58,389 nucleotides of DNA from Candidatus Doudnabacteria bacterium. GTDB taxonomy: Bacteria; Patescibacteriota; Doudnabacteria; UBA920. The stretch is from NCBI GenBank assembly GCA_963788395.1, contig CAWBGV010000022.1, forward strand, positions 1-58,389, read 5' to 3'. The first letter of the stretch is position 1. Each line of letters begins with the position of its first letter. Below, one piece after another: positions 10,121 through 21,277 of the stretch. The position numbers and the translations under genes are program-made. The notes beneath the pieces were generated by a model. That model worked only from the letters and a program-made list of their open reading frames with translations, made no database searches and was not told the DNA's origin.

Positions 10121-10591
10121 CTAAAATTTAAGCCGGTGGCTGATCCTTTGAGCAAACGTTTCCTGGGTGCTATGGTGTTCGGGTAAGTACGGTAACAAAT
10201 ACTCCCGGACATCTTCCGGGTCTTGGCCGGCTAATTCTAAAATGAGCATGTTGTTCATGTAGGTAGTGGTTTCTATATTCAATGTGCGGTGATGGTCGTT
10301 ATGGACAATCCAAAAGTGTTTGATTTGTTTAAACGGGTAAAAAATAGTCCCATACCAAATGCCGCGGTGGGTTAATTCAATCGTGACCATAGCCGGGCGA
10401 TGAAAAGAAAAAAGGATGATAAAAATTCCCAAAATCCCCGTCGTGATTGCCGCGAACAGATCACTTTGCAGAACGAAAAATGCTATTATTAAAATAATAA
10501 TGGCAATTACCGTTACATACCAGCCAATATTTTTATGATAGTATTGGAATTCAGGCGCCTGCCAGGTTATAGTTTTGTGGACCGTGGGCAT
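10121..10591 (-). CDS. membrane protein with bacterial PH-like C-terminal domain (DUF5673-like, common in CPR)
   Basis: W..PEF..Y.K..GWY start, two TM helices, Y.F..IKHFW motif. Confidence 0.75.
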   Translation of the reverse strand: MPTVHKTITWQAPEFQYYHKNIGWYVTVIAIIILIIAFFVLQSDLFAAITTGILGIFIILFSFHRPAMVTIELTHRGIWYGTIFYPFKQIKHFWIVHNDHHRTLNIETTTYMNNMLILELAGQDPEDVREYLLPYLPEHHSTQETFAQRISHRLKF

Positions 10592-10622
10592 AAAAATAAG
10601 TTAGCTAAATATCCCAATACAC

Positions 10623-10916
10623 AAATTTTCCCTAAAGGAAAATTGGCAAACCAACTGCTAGTAATAACTAAGCTGTTCCTTGCGGGGCCCCCGATCCGCC
10701 CGAGACGGATTGGGGAAAGGGGCAACAATCCGAACGTAATGGAGTCGCGTCCGACGCGGACGGAATGGAGTGAGGATTGATTATTTCCTTTTCAGGGCCC
10801 CCAATTTTCCATCCCTAGAAAAAAATCATAGGGAAAATTGGGGAAAGGGGCAACAATCCGAACGTAATGGAGTCGCGTCCGACGCGGACGGAATGGAGTG
10901 AGGATTGATTGACCCG
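10623..10916 (-). repeat. modular palindromic element directly 3' of tRNA-Ser(TGA), containing a perfect 74-bp direct repeat (10709-10782, 10837-10910)
   Basis: Direct comparison of the sequence; homologous to 22238-22403. Confidence 0.9.
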
Positions 10917-11009
<93 letters not shown>

Positions 11010-11101
11010 AGGATCATTTGCGGTTTTTCCGCCTCCGCTGCTAAAAAATTAAATGATAGCTACGGCGGATCCGCCTATAAGTTATTTTATTTTGAGGCGG
11101 A

Positions 11102-11137
11102 CAAGACCAGCGCACTAGACCACTATGCGACCTCTCC
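11102..11137 (-). pseudogene. 5' half remnant of a tRNA-Ser gene
   Basis: GGAGAGGTCGCATAGTGGTCTAGTGCGCTGGTCTTG closely matches the 5' half of tRNA-Ser(GCT) at 22494 and stops inside the anticodon loop. Confidence 0.75.
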
Positions 11138-11206
11138 AAAAACCTTGTCAGTTTTTCCGCCTCCGCTCACTTTGATTTTAAAAGAGGGTCCCGCCCTATA
11201 GAATTT

Positions 11207-11235
11207 ATTATACCATTTCTTTTTAAAATATACAA
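11207..11235 (-). promoter_or_regulatory. sigma70-type promoter for the tRNA-Ser locus
   Basis: TTGTAT-17 nt-TATAAT on the minus strand upstream of the tRNA fragment and tRNA. Confidence 0.6.
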
Positions 11236-11266
11236 AAACGACCCCGCTCTAGAAAGGGTCGTTTTT
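11234..11266. terminator. bidirectional-type hairpin terminator downstream of the sigma/DUF5667 operon
   Basis: AAAAACGACCC...GGGTCGTTTTT. Confidence 0.6.
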
Positions 11267-11373
11267 GAATTGTTACATTCCGCCTTGACTGATTTTTGTT
11301 TCATCTTAACCGACTGTGGCGGATCCGTTACCTTACTGGCAACGGACAGGAATAATATCCTGAGTTTAGGTTG

Positions 11374-11466
11374 TTCACGGATCACGGATACCAAAGATTG
11401 CACGGATAGGGTACAGTCTATCTGGTTTATCCAATCCGTGTATCCGTGTAATCCGTGATCCGTGAA
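11374..11466. repeat. CACGGAT/ATCCGTG heptamer repeats arranged as an inverted array
   Basis: TTCACGGATCACGGAT..CACGGAT ... ATCCGTGTATCCGTGTAATCCGTGATCCGTGAA. Confidence 0.8.
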
Positions 11467-11484
11467 TAACCTAGTCTCAAAATA

Positions 11485-12732
11485 CTAAGGTACAAATTGT
11501 GGCGCGGGGTTTTCAAAAATTACTGACCCGACCGGTTGCGGTTGGTCGTCATTGGGCGGCGTCGCGCTGGCATTATCCGGAGTTTGCGAGGCTTCTCCGG
11601 CATTTGGATTAATAGTTTGCGTTTGGATACCACTCGCCGTGGATACTGGCGACGGGGCGGGCGAAATAGTTACCGGCGTTGCGGTGGAACTGCTGGCGCT
11701 TGTAGCCGTAGGAATATTACTGAGCGAAGGGTAAATACTGACCTGTAAGGCCATTAAAACATTGTTTTGCAGAGCTCCAACTACCGTGGCCTGTTCGCCA
11801 ACCAGAGAGCTTAAGTCGGGCGGGGTGGTGGTGTCTTCATTTAGAACAGAAGTATTAGCCGAAAGGAAAAATTGAGTTTTCTCTATGGTCAGAGAATTTT
11901 GATTAGCCTGAGTAATAGTGCCGGAGACTGTCACCGAATTGGGGTTTTGCGTTAAGTTGGTCAAGTTTTCGTCCCTATCGATAGTCGCCACTTCCATAAT
12001 CCTTTCAATTTCATTAACTTGAGTGGCCGTACTCTGAGCGCTGGCCAGAGCCGTTTGGGTAGCGGGGCTGGATGAGCCGCTCTGGGTTTTAACCTGCGCT
12101 GCCAAAACCTGTTGCTGTTGGGTCAGGCTTTGTAAAGAAGCCAGCAGCGGGGGATTATTGCCCTGTAATGAGTTGGTTGATGCGGCATCTTTGACCACGC
12201 TGACAGCGGCCGCGGTTTGGTCGGAGACCTCATTGACTGCGGCGGCGACCTGCGCGGGGTTTGTATCCGGACTGTTAATGACTTGCTCAGCCTCGTTTAA
12301 CCGCTCCTGGGCAATTGCTAATTGCAAATTGGCCCGGGCAGCCGGATTTGTCGTTAAAGCGACTTGAATTTTTTGCGCCTCTTTCTTTAAGGAAAATAAA
12401 ACTTGTCCCGGTAAAGAGACTGACGCGGCATAGGCTGTTCCGGCCAGACCGGCTATGAGCAACATTAAGGCTACGCTAATGTTCAAAGCGCGGGAAAAAT
12501 GCAGCCAGGTAAACCACATTCCGGTTCTGATTTTAGCCGCCGCGTATTTGCGCTGCATCAGAGGACGCGGCACCGGGTTGGTGGGGATGGAAGCTATTTG
12601 GGAACTGATGGTTAAAAGACCCCGCAATTCTGCTTCATGGCCGGGCCATTGCGAAACTATCTGGTCAATACTGTGGCCAGCTTTTAATTGCGCGAGTGCC
12701 TGATCGAAAATGTCTTCGAGTTGACGTACCAT
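11485..12732 (-). CDS. DUF5667-type membrane protein, putative anti-sigma factor
   Basis: Short helical N-terminal domain, one TM helix, SLPG..LF.LK..(E/Q) signature, long S/T/P/Q tail; directly downstream of an ECF sigma. Confidence 0.75.
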   Translation of the reverse strand: MVRQLEDIFDQALAQLKAGHSIDQIVSQWPGHEAELRGLLTISSQIASIPTNPVPRPLMQRKYAAAKIRTGMWFTWLHFSRALNISVALMLLIAGLAGTAYAASVSLPGQVLFSLKKEAQKIQVALTTNPAARANLQLAIAQERLNEAEQVINSPDTNPAQVAAAVNEVSDQTAAAVSVVKDAASTNSLQGNNPPLLASLQSLTQQQQVLAAQVKTQSGSSSPATQTALASAQSTATQVNEIERIMEVATIDRDENLTNLTQNPNSVTVSGTITQANQNSLTIEKTQFFLSANTSVLNEDTTTPPDLSSLVGEQATVVGALQNNVLMALQVSIYPSLSNIPTATSASSSTATPVTISPAPSPVSTASGIQTQTINPNAGEASQTPDNASATPPNDDQPQPVGSVIFENPAPQFVP

Positions 12733-12769
12733 GTTGAGATTATCTACGAAATTATTTTTTACTACGATG

Positions 12770-13357
12770 CTAAATTGTATTGCCTTTAATTAACTCTTGC
12801 AGTTTTTGAATGGCTCGGTGCTGGATTACGCGAATGGCGCCTTCGGTTTTGTCGAGGATCGCCGCAATTTCCGGATTATCTAGATTTTCCAAAAATTTGA
12901 GTTTAATCACCAATTGCTGTTCGTCAGTCAGTTGTTTGAGGTATTTAAGAAATATTTTTTGCTGCTCCTGAAGACTTAAGACATCTATAATATTGCTTTC
13001 GTACTCCAGAGTGTTTTCAACCTCATCTAAGGCGATGATCATCTTTTTCTCACGGTAGTAGTCTATTACCGTATTTCGCGCAATTTGGTAAAGCCAGCCT
13101 TCAAACGAGCTGTTGTTGGATACTGAACTAATCTTGGCAAAAGCTTTTACAAAAACGTCTTCGGTTAAATCTTCCGCCACTTCTTTGTGGCCGACACGAT
13201 AGAAAATGAACCGGTAGATTTTCTTAAAATACCAATCATACAGCTCAGCCAGCGAGTCCTGCTGGCCGGCCTTGGCCTTGGTAATCAAAGATTCTAAAAT
13301 ATCCTTGAATTCCGAAGGATTTTGCGAACTAAAAGTATAGACGGGATTTATTTCCAT
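12770..13357 (-). CDS. ECF RNA polymerase sigma factor
   Basis: Region 2 (AEDLTEDVFVKAF, WLYQIARN) and region 4 (EIAAILDKTEGAIRVIQHRA). Confidence 0.95.
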   Translation of the reverse strand: MEINPVYTFSSQNPSEFKDILESLITKAKAGQQDSLAELYDWYFKKIYRFIFYRVGHKEVAEDLTEDVFVKAFAKISSVSNNSSFEGWLYQIARNTVIDYYREKKMIIALDEVENTLEYESNIIDVLSLQEQQKIFLKYLKQLTDEQQLVIKLKFLENLDNPEIAAILDKTEGAIRVIQHRAIQKLQELIKGNTI

Positions 13358-13725
13358 TTGTTACAAATTACAACAGTTTTTAGGTTAAAAGTCCAGTTGG
13401 TAGGGTTTCAATCGCTCTAAATGTATTTTATCATAGTTCCGGCTCAAAACAGATTTGGCATGGTGTCAATCCTATTACAAGCGTTTGCGGGTGTTTATAA
13501 CGCAGGCGAGCTGCCCTTGTTTATACCAAATAAGATAAATTGTTGACTAAAACTCTCGACGGCGGACTCAGAAATTGCTATACTCTCCATACCTAAATCT
13601 TAAACCACGCGAAAATTTTGGGAAATCAAAATAAAAACCCTCAAAATTTTGGGAAATTTATTTTTTTGTCCGTCAATAGACGGGAGATTTTTAGCGTGCC
13701 GTACATTTTATTCTAAGCAGAAAAA

Positions 13726-15701
13726 ATGTTTAAATCTCAAAAAAAGAAATTTGCAATTTTTGTAAATCAAAAAACAGCTGTCCCCGCCACAGTGGGGATG
13801 AAGACGCCGGCATTCTCGTTCTCTTACATCAAAGGACGTCCAACTTTGATGAAAGGATTGTTGGCTTTGGTTATGGTTGGACTAAGCTTTGCTCCCTTTG
13901 GGCTGTTGCAAAAGACAGTATTTAAGGAAACTCCGACCATCTCGATAGTCAGCGCTTCGGGAGACAGCGATGTAGATGTCTGGTGGCCGACTGACGGCGC
14001 CGTAGTTTCCGGCACCCAGCCGTTTAAGGCTATGCTTACTGACCTGTCCATTGACCAATACACCATGTACTGGCAGGTGGATGGCGGCCAATTAAATTTG
14101 ATGCCTGATAACTTTACGAACTCTCCCCACAAGGAAGCTTCGGTAGATTTAAGCGGTTGGACCTGGCATGGCAGCGGGCCATATACCATTGGATTTGTAG
14201 CCAAAGATACGAGCGGCCAAACCATCGCTCAAAAAACTTTGGTCATTAATATCAATTCCGGGACTTCGTCTTCAAGCCAACAACCAGCCCCGGCAGCCGC
14301 TTCGGCTTCACCGGCGGTGGCCTTGATCTCTGATGTTACCACAACGGCCACGGCTCAGCCTGCGGTTGCAGAGAGCGGGTCTGAAACAGCTACCAACGCG
14401 GCCAGTCAACCTACTCCTACGCCCACGCCATTGGGGAATAGTAAGCTGGATGTCTGGTGGCCGACTGACGGCGCCGTAGTTTCCGGCACCCAGCCTTTTA
14501 AAGTGGTACTGGAAAATGCGGACGTAAACGATTATACCGCGTTTTGGCAGGTGGATAATGGTGATATCAATAGCATGCCAACGAATACCACAGATAGTCC
14601 GCACAAAGAGGCTTCGGTGGGAGTATCTAAATGGAATTGGAACGGAAGCGGAGTATACCGTTACATTCATTGCCCGGAACAGCATGGGCATAGAAGTTGG
14701 AGTCAGTTCCGTTAAAATTTATGTGCAAAGTTCCGGAGGGGATTCCCAGACCGTAACACCTGCGGCTGCGAGCGTTTCGGCTGCGCCAAATGTTTCGGCA
14801 GTCCCGGCCGCCGCCCAAAGCAATTCTGGCGATATGTTTGCTGGGCCGCGCTGTATGTTAATCCCAATTCTGCCGCTGCGCAGCAAGTTAATACTTGGGC
14901 TGCCAGCGATCCCAGCGACGCGGAGCTGATGAAAAAAGTTGCCGAAGGCGCCGAAACTGAATGGTTTGGAGATTGGAACAGCGACGTCCAATCCGACGCC
15001 AATAACACTGTTACCACTATTAACGATCAAGGCGACTTGCCCGTGCTTGTAGCTTACAATTTACCTGACCGCGATTGCGGAGGATATTCATCGGGCGGGG
15101 CTAATTCTCCGGATGAATATGATCTTGGATTCGTCAGTTGGCCGCGGGTATTGGTCACCGGAAAGCCGTGGTAATTTTAGAACCCGACGGAATAGCGCTG
15201 ACCGATTGTTTATCATCTTCAGACTTGCAGACTCGGTACGGGTTACTGAAAGACGCGGTCTCAGTGTTTAAGGCCAATGGGCAGGCGGTTTATATTGACG
15301 CCGGCCATCCTGATTGGATAGATGCTTCCGATATGGCCAATCGCTTAGAGCAAGCCGGGATAAGCCAGGCTGATGGTTTTGCCTTGAACATTTCTAACTT
15401 TTATACGACCCAGGATAATATTAGTTATGGGCAGGCGATATCGAGTTTGGTCGGCGGAAAACATTTTGTCATCGATACCGGCCGGAATGGAAATGGCCCG
15501 GCGCCTGATGATGCCTGGTGCAACCCTTCCGGACGGGCATTAGGCCAATTACCCACAGTCAACACCGGTAATCCTTTGGTTGACGCTTACTTGTGGGTCA
15601 AAGGTCCCGGCGGCAGCGACGGCACCTGCAACGGCGGCCCCAGCGCCGGCACCTTCTGGGCCTCGTACGCCCTGAGCTTAGCCCGCGGCGCGAGCTGGTG
15701 A
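13726..15701 (+). CDS. membrane-anchored glycoside hydrolase family 6 (endoglucanase/cellulase) with two Ig-like repeats; frameshifted
   Basis: Fragments 13726-14715, 14558-14929, 14929-15174 and 15138-15701. GH6 motifs YNLPDRDC, LEPD, YIDAGH, NISNF, VIDTGRNG, WCNP, WVKGPGGSDG. Confidence 0.9.
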
Positions 15702-15704
15702 ACG

Positions 15705-15905
15705 GGGAAGTAAGTAGTGGGTAGGCTACGGAAAATTATACTAACTGTACTAATTATTCTCCGCCAAAGGCGAATCTGCCTCTGGCATGATAAGTACCCT
15801 AAATAATGTCCAAAACCCAATTTGGGAATTTCTAAATTAGACATTTGTGCTTATTTAGAATAATTTATCCCCCGCCTACCAATTACTCACTACCAACTAC
15901 CCCCC
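15705..15905. repeat. intergenic low-complexity inverted repeat with embedded CCGCC/GGCG palindrome between convergent genes
   Basis: AAGTAAGTAGTGGGTAGG ... CCTACCAATTACTCACTACC; CCGCCAAAGGCGAATCTGCCTCTGGCA inside. Confidence 0.55.
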
Positions 15906-15907
15906 GC

Positions 15908-16732
15908 CTACCTATACCCCTTCCTCTCCCAAAGCCAATAATATCCAAACAACTCTCTAAAGGCATTGGCGATTACCGCTATTTTTGCTCCGGTTTGTTT
16001 GCCGGTTTTGCGGGGAAAGTGATGGACGCCGATTTCGGCAATTTTAAAACCGTTTTTTTGGGCTTTGACCAGCAACTCGGTAGAAATCAGGGCTCCGCTG
16101 CTTTGCAGCGTAAAATGCTCAAACAATTCGCGGCGGACTATTTTAAACGCGCAATCAATATCGCGGACGTTTTTTAGTCCAAATAAATTTTTGACCAGCG
16201 TTCCCCAGGCCCAGGCGTTGAATTTGCGGAAGAGCGGATCAGCGCGTTGAATGCGGTAGCCGGCAATAATATCAAAGTGGGGCATCAGTGGCAACAGCCG
16301 CTGGATTTCGGTCACGTCGAACTGGCCGTCGCTGTCGGTAAAAAATATCCAATCCAGAGTAGCAGCCTGGAAACCGGTATTGACTGCGGCCCCATACCCC
16401 AGGTTTTTGGAATGGTTAATCAGCTTGAGTCGGGGATTATCGCGCCGCAGCTCAGCCACGATTGTGGCCGTAGCGTCAGTACTGCCATCATTCACCACTA
16501 TAATTTCGTAACTGCCGGCCACGCGTTCTAGCACCTCGGTTAAACGATAGATTACTTCGGGCAAATTGGTTCCCTCATTGTAGGCCGGTAAAAAGGCCGA
16601 GATATTTGGCCGATACCCGCTGGGAAACGGATAGCTTGCGCTGGCAGTTTGGCGTCCGGAAAATATATCTGGATTAAATGCTAATTCAGAATTTTCGGAA
16701 AAAGTCAGGTATGATTTTTTGGGGTCTAGCAT
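15908..16732 (-). CDS. GT2 polyprenyl-phosphate glycosyltransferase (DPM1/GtrB/ArnC-like)
   Basis: LPAYNE, VNDGSTD, NLGYGAAV, FTDSDGQ and DIDCAFK motifs. Confidence 0.9.
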   Translation of the reverse strand: MLDPKKSYLTFSENSELAFNPDIFSGRQTASASYPFPSGYRPNISAFLPAYNEGTNLPEVIYRLTEVLERVAGSYEIIVVNDGSTDATATIVAELRRDNPRLKLINHSKNLGYGAAVNTGFQAATLDWIFFTDSDGQFDVTEIQRLLPLMPHFDIIAGYRIQRADPLFRKFNAWAWGTLVKNLFGLKNVRDIDCAFKIVRRELFEHFTLQSSGALISTELLVKAQKNGFKIAEIGVHHFPRKTGKQTGAKIAVIANAFRELFGYYWLWERKGYR

Positions 16733-16782
16733 AAGGTCCTTTCCATTAGTTAGGGGGAGGGATTTCCTAATCCCTCTTTTTT

Positions 16783-18326
16783 CTAATATCTCAATTTATA
16801 TTCATAGACATTCAAATCATCGGAAAAATTTTGGGAAGCTAGAAGCTGAAAATGATCGTCAAAATATTGTTTTATATCTTGCTCATACCCTTGGTTATAA
16901 CTGAGAATGATGTAGGCATTTTGATAGCTGCTCTCCAGGGAATTGGCTTCACTAACTAAACCTTGTTCGGTAAAAGGCGGCAGGGACCGGTTGGCCAGTT
17001 GGTCCCACTCCGGCGCGGTAATTAGCAGGGCCGGTTAGTTTATAGTAGTATTCAATGGGGTAGATAGTGAATGGCGCAGACACTACTATGGCGTCTTGCG
17101 CTGTCGCGTGAGCGTTAAGATAATCAGTAGCCCCTTCATAATTTTCTTTAATCGGGCTGCTGGCGCTGACCCCTTGATACCAAAGCGTGGCAACCATGCC
17201 GGCTACAAATAAGACTTTTAATGTCGTGGCTAACTGAGGCGGGTAGGTCGAGAAGATCCAGGTAATAAATAAATAGAGCGCGGGGATAGTAAAAATGAGA
17301 TAGCGGGTCACAGTAGAGCGGCCGCCAGGTCACGCTCACCACAAAGGCCAGAAGAATCGGCAGGAACGCGGCCAGAAAAAAATAAACTGTATCCGGTGAT
17401 ATTTTTCGGGTTTTGCTTAAGGTTAAGAATCCCAGCAGGACGGAAAGCGGCCACAGCGACACAATAATGGTGTTGAGGTGGTCATTTTGGAAACCAAAAA
17501 AGAATTCGGAAAAGCTGTTAAATAAATCTACGGTTGAAGGCCTGTCCAAGGCCGGCGAACTGCCGCCATTAATGCCGCTTAAGTGAGGGCCCTGAACTTT
17601 AAAGACCAGCCAGACCCAGGGGGCAAAGGCAATCGCCAGGACTACGGCCAGCGTGGTGAGTTTTAAAAACGTGCCTTTGGGGAACAAATCAGAACGTAAA
17701 AAAAAGAAAATCGCCTGAGTCAGTAAGACGAAGAAAAAGAAATAATGAGTGTAAATGCCAACCAGCGAACTCAGGCTGTAGCCGACCCAGGCTCCCGGCG
17801 TCCGTTTTTTATAGAGCGACAAAAAGTAATATTGGTTGACTACGGCCACCAAGGTCATTAAGCTGTACATCTTAATCTCATTGCCGTACCAATTTAAGAA
17901 GGGTGATACCGCTACCAGGATAGCCGCGAACAGGCCGGCTGGCCGGCCATAGGCCAGTTTGCCCAAAGCGTACATGGCCGGAATAGTGGCTAAGAAAAAT
18001 ATCAGCGACATGATCCGGGCCGAGGCTACGCCGTTGCCAAACTCCCACTGCCAAAAGTGGAGCATGGTGTTATAGAGTGGAACATGGACGTCGTCCGCCA
18101 CAATCTGCAGGGCCCGGACAAAACCCGGGCTGCTTTGCCACAGGCTCTGGGCTTCATCCAACCGCAGGCTTTGGTGGGAAAATAAAAATACGGAAGCCAA
18201 AACAACCCCCAGCATTAAGCCGCCTAAAATTAAAATTGTCGAAAGAGCAGTACTTTTACTTTTTGCGCGCGCCTTCGGCTCAGTAAAATTTATCGGTTGG
18301 GGAAGCGCGGCTGTCGTTGTTGCCAT
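16783..18326 (-). CDS. GT-C fold integral membrane glycosyltransferase (GT39/ArnT/PMT-like); frameshifted
   Basis: LRLDEAQS, DVHVPLY, many TM helices, E.KMYSL. Fragments 17148-18326 and 16952-17311; manual continuation ends ..YEYKLRY* at 16783. Confidence 0.85.
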
Positions 18327-18388
18327 AGTCTAAGGGTTAGGATAAAAGGGGTATGGGGCTGTGAGTCAGCTGATTAGCTGCATAGCTC

Positions 18389-19971
18389 TCATTGCAGTGT
18401 TTGACGTGATGCGGCGCGCGTCATGACAGGGTAATTGGCCGGAATTAAGTCGGCTTCCGGTAATTGCTGGGTTTTGGCGGCTGCTGTTTCCGGCCTGGCT
18501 CCCATGGGCGAGGCGGCTATAATAAAGGGATAAAATATTGCAGCGTTAAAGAGAGCCCAAGAAAGGTTGGCAATAACCGCAGCGCTGACTCCCTCGCGTA
18601 AAACAGCTACTCCCACGCCGACCACCAGCAGCACAAAGTACAGCATATGAGGAGTAACCAAGTATAAAAAATTTCCGCTTAATTGCTGCTTGGAAGTCAC
18701 ATTAAAAGTACTTTTTTTGCCGGTCAGCACAGCCCAGAGTGCCTGAATCTGTAAAGAAAAAGATCCCATAGAAAACGACAGCGCGCGGAAGGTGTACGAA
18801 GCGTTGCTGGACAGCCAGAGGGTCACGATATTCATAAAAATATAAGGTAAGAACACCGCGGCCAGGGCCATTGTTGAAACGTTCACCGGAACTTTCCCCG
18901 TGAAGAAAAAGATAATCGGCAGAAGCGCGTTCATCAGCACAATCAAGCCGGAAAAGTAGTAACTGGAAGAAGCCAGATATTGAATTCTCTGAGCCAGGGT
19001 CAAGCCTTTTTGGAAAAAAGGATTATATTTAAACATTACTTCCAAGCTGCCGCGGGCCCAGCGGAATTGTTGTTTGTAATAGGAACTGAAATCTTCCGGC
19101 GCCAAGCCTTCGGCTAAAACTTCGGGCACGTAGACCGACTTCCAACCTTTTTTATGGATGAACAGAGAAGTTAAAAAATCTTCGGCGATATTGGTTTCAC
19201 ACATCCCCCCGACGTCTGCCAGAGCCTGGCGGTTGAGCACCATATTGGTGCCGCACATGAAGGTGGCGTTTAATCTATTTTTTCCTTTACAAATAGCGCC
19301 AAAAAATAATTCCTGCTGTTCCCAAGCGCCGCCGGTGATTTCGTTATACCTAAAATTTTTATAATATTGTGGGGATTGCACAAAAGCCATGCGGCGATCG
19401 GTAAAGTATGGAACGGTTTTTTAAAAAGTCCGGATGAGGCGCCTGGTCCGCATCAAATATCGCCACCAGCGGGCTGTGGGTCAGGGCGAGGGCGTGATTA
19501 ATATTGCCGGCTTTGGCTCCCTGGTTGGTGGTGCGGGTAATGCAGCCTATGCCCAGTTGCCGGGCAAATTCCTGAATTTCTTGCCAGTTATCTTTTTTTG
19601 CGGCATACCCGTCGTTTAATAAATAAATGCGGGGCTTGGGGATAATTCATGTGCAAGGCAGCCAAAGCAGTTTGCCTGACAATTTCGACCGGCTCTCCGG
19701 CCACGGTAATAAACACGTCCACCACCGGCCGCAGAAGCGGATCAACGGGAAACGTCGAATTGGTGTTCCAAATTGTGTACAAGTATCCCAAGACCTGCCA
19801 AAGGTGAAAAACTTCCCCGGCCATCAATAAATAGAAGAGCGGCGCGTAGCCTTTTGGGAACCAAAAGGCCAACAGGAAAAAATAAACAATCGCCATAATG
19901 GCAGTCGTGGCTAAAAAGCGTTTGGCAATATTTGTTTGAAGAAAATCGGTTTGGGGATCGGAGATGTCCAT
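18389..19971 (-). CDS. cellulose synthase catalytic subunit-like GT2 (BcsA/CslA-like), no PilZ domain; frameshifted
   Basis: DVFIT.AGEP, KAGNIN, FDAD, FVQSPQ, AED, QQFRWARG (QxxRW) and C-terminal TM helices. About 525 aa in total. Confidence 0.9.
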
Positions 19972-20012
19972 AATTTAAAATCTAAATTGCAAATTGAAAA
20001 ATATTAGTTTTT

Positions 20013-21263
20013 TTAATCTTCATTTAAGAATGAAGTCGGAGACGAACTGGGGGAGATTGACGGTGTTGGCTGGTACAAATTCGGCAGTTGATTGTTATAG
20101 AGCGCCATTCCGAACCAAGCCCAGTTGTCGTCGTAGTAACTCATTGCCTGTTTCCATGATTCTGTATCCGGGCTAAACAATGTTTCCAGTTTATTTTTAT
20201 AAACGTTGGCGGCCTGGCTGGAGTCGGCATCAATAAAGTATCCGATCGTGCCGCCATACATGGCCGGCGCTTCCAGATCAGAAACAACGCTGCCATCATG
20301 GCCATAGGTCACGTCTAATTTTTGGTTAGCTTGCCACTGCTGGCCCAAAAAACCCATATCATCCAATAATTGAAGATCTTGTGAATCATGATTCCAGGCG
20401 TAGTCGAGGGCCAGACGGAAGGGAACGCGGAGAGCGTCGTATCCAAAATCGGTGGTGGTGGAAGCGTTGGATGAATTAGGGGCTTCCAACTGCCCGGTTT
20501 GGCGGTCGAGAGCCACCCAATCCGGCGGGATATTAGCGCTGGTAGTTTTATCGAGCGGGTAGGCCATGCTTTGCTGAATAATACTGTAGGAGCTTTGCAC
20601 CAGCGCGTTCCAGTCGTGGGCGGAGTCAACTTGGGCGAAAATTCGGTAACTGTAGGGAGCTAAATAGGAGGGGTCGATTAAAACCGTTGTCGATGAATTT
20701 TTTTCCAGATTATCGGCCACCAAATAGGGGACGTTGTTGACGGCCACAACTTCGTCAGCCCAAATATCACTTATAATATTTTTGGCCGCCGCCGCGTAAC
20801 TGGGGTCTTGCCAGCGGCTGGAGGCAAACAACAAAGCCAGGGCGATATCGCTATCGGCATCGGCCGCGGAATTTTGGCCGTTTTGGTCGGTTAAAATACC
20901 GGTAGTGCCATCGCTCCGGGTGCCATAGAGCCAGGCGAATAAGTGGTCGTTGGTATGCTGGAGATTGGCCTGAGTCCAGCTCCAGGTTTTATCGAACGTC
21001 GGCTTATCATTTTCCCAGACGGCCCGCAGCATGGTATAGCTCTGGCCTTCTGAGGTGGTAATATTGTTGCTCTGTTTGTCTATGGTTCGGCCGGTAGTGG
21101 CATCCCAGTAGACGTTTTTGTACACGCCCCACAGCGCCTGGAGCATAAATGGGGGAGAAAATATTACGGGTTGCTCGCTCTTTTTGCTGTTGCGATAGGC
21201 TACTGAGGCAAAAATTACAATGGCCAACAAAATCAGAAAAGCGCCAAATATTTTTATTTTCAT
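20013..21263 (-). CDS. glycoside hydrolase family 8 endoglucanase (BcsZ-like), N-terminally anchored
   Basis: TTSEGQSY, AADADSDIA, DPSYLAP and YDALRVPFR motifs. Confidence 0.92.
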   Translation of the reverse strand: MKIKIFGAFLILLAIVIFASVAYRNSKKSEQPVIFSPPFMLQALWGVYKNVYWDATTGRTIDKQSNNITTSEGQSYTMLRAVWENDKPTFDKTWSWTQANLQHTNDHLFAWLYGTRSDGTTGILTDQNGQNSAADADSDIALALLFASSRWQDPSYAAAAKNIISDIWADEVVAVNNVPYLVADNLEKNSSTTVLIDPSYLAPYSYRIFAQVDSAHDWNALVQSSYSIIQQSMAYPLDKTTSANIPPDWVALDRQTGQLEAPNSSNASTTTDFGYDALRVPFRLALDYAWNHDSQDLQLLDDMGFLGQQWQANQKLDVTYGHDGSVVSDLEAPAMYGGTIGYFIDADSSQAANVYKNKLETLFSPDTESWKQAMSYYDDNWAWFGMALYNNQLPNLYQPTPSISPSSSPTSFLNED

Positions 21264-21277
21264 GAACGCTTTGGCGG

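Noticed and set aside
10709-10910. 74-bp direct repeat with a 54-bp spacer as a CRISPR array
   Set aside because: Only two units, repeat far too long, tied to a tRNA 3' end, and no cas genes in the window.
11010-11137. tRNA-Ser split by a group I or other intron
   Set aside because: The fragment's anticodon-stem 5' strand (CTGGT) cannot pair with the downstream 3' strand (ACTGT), the downstream tRNA is complete on its own, and the ~90-nt spacer lacks group I core elements.
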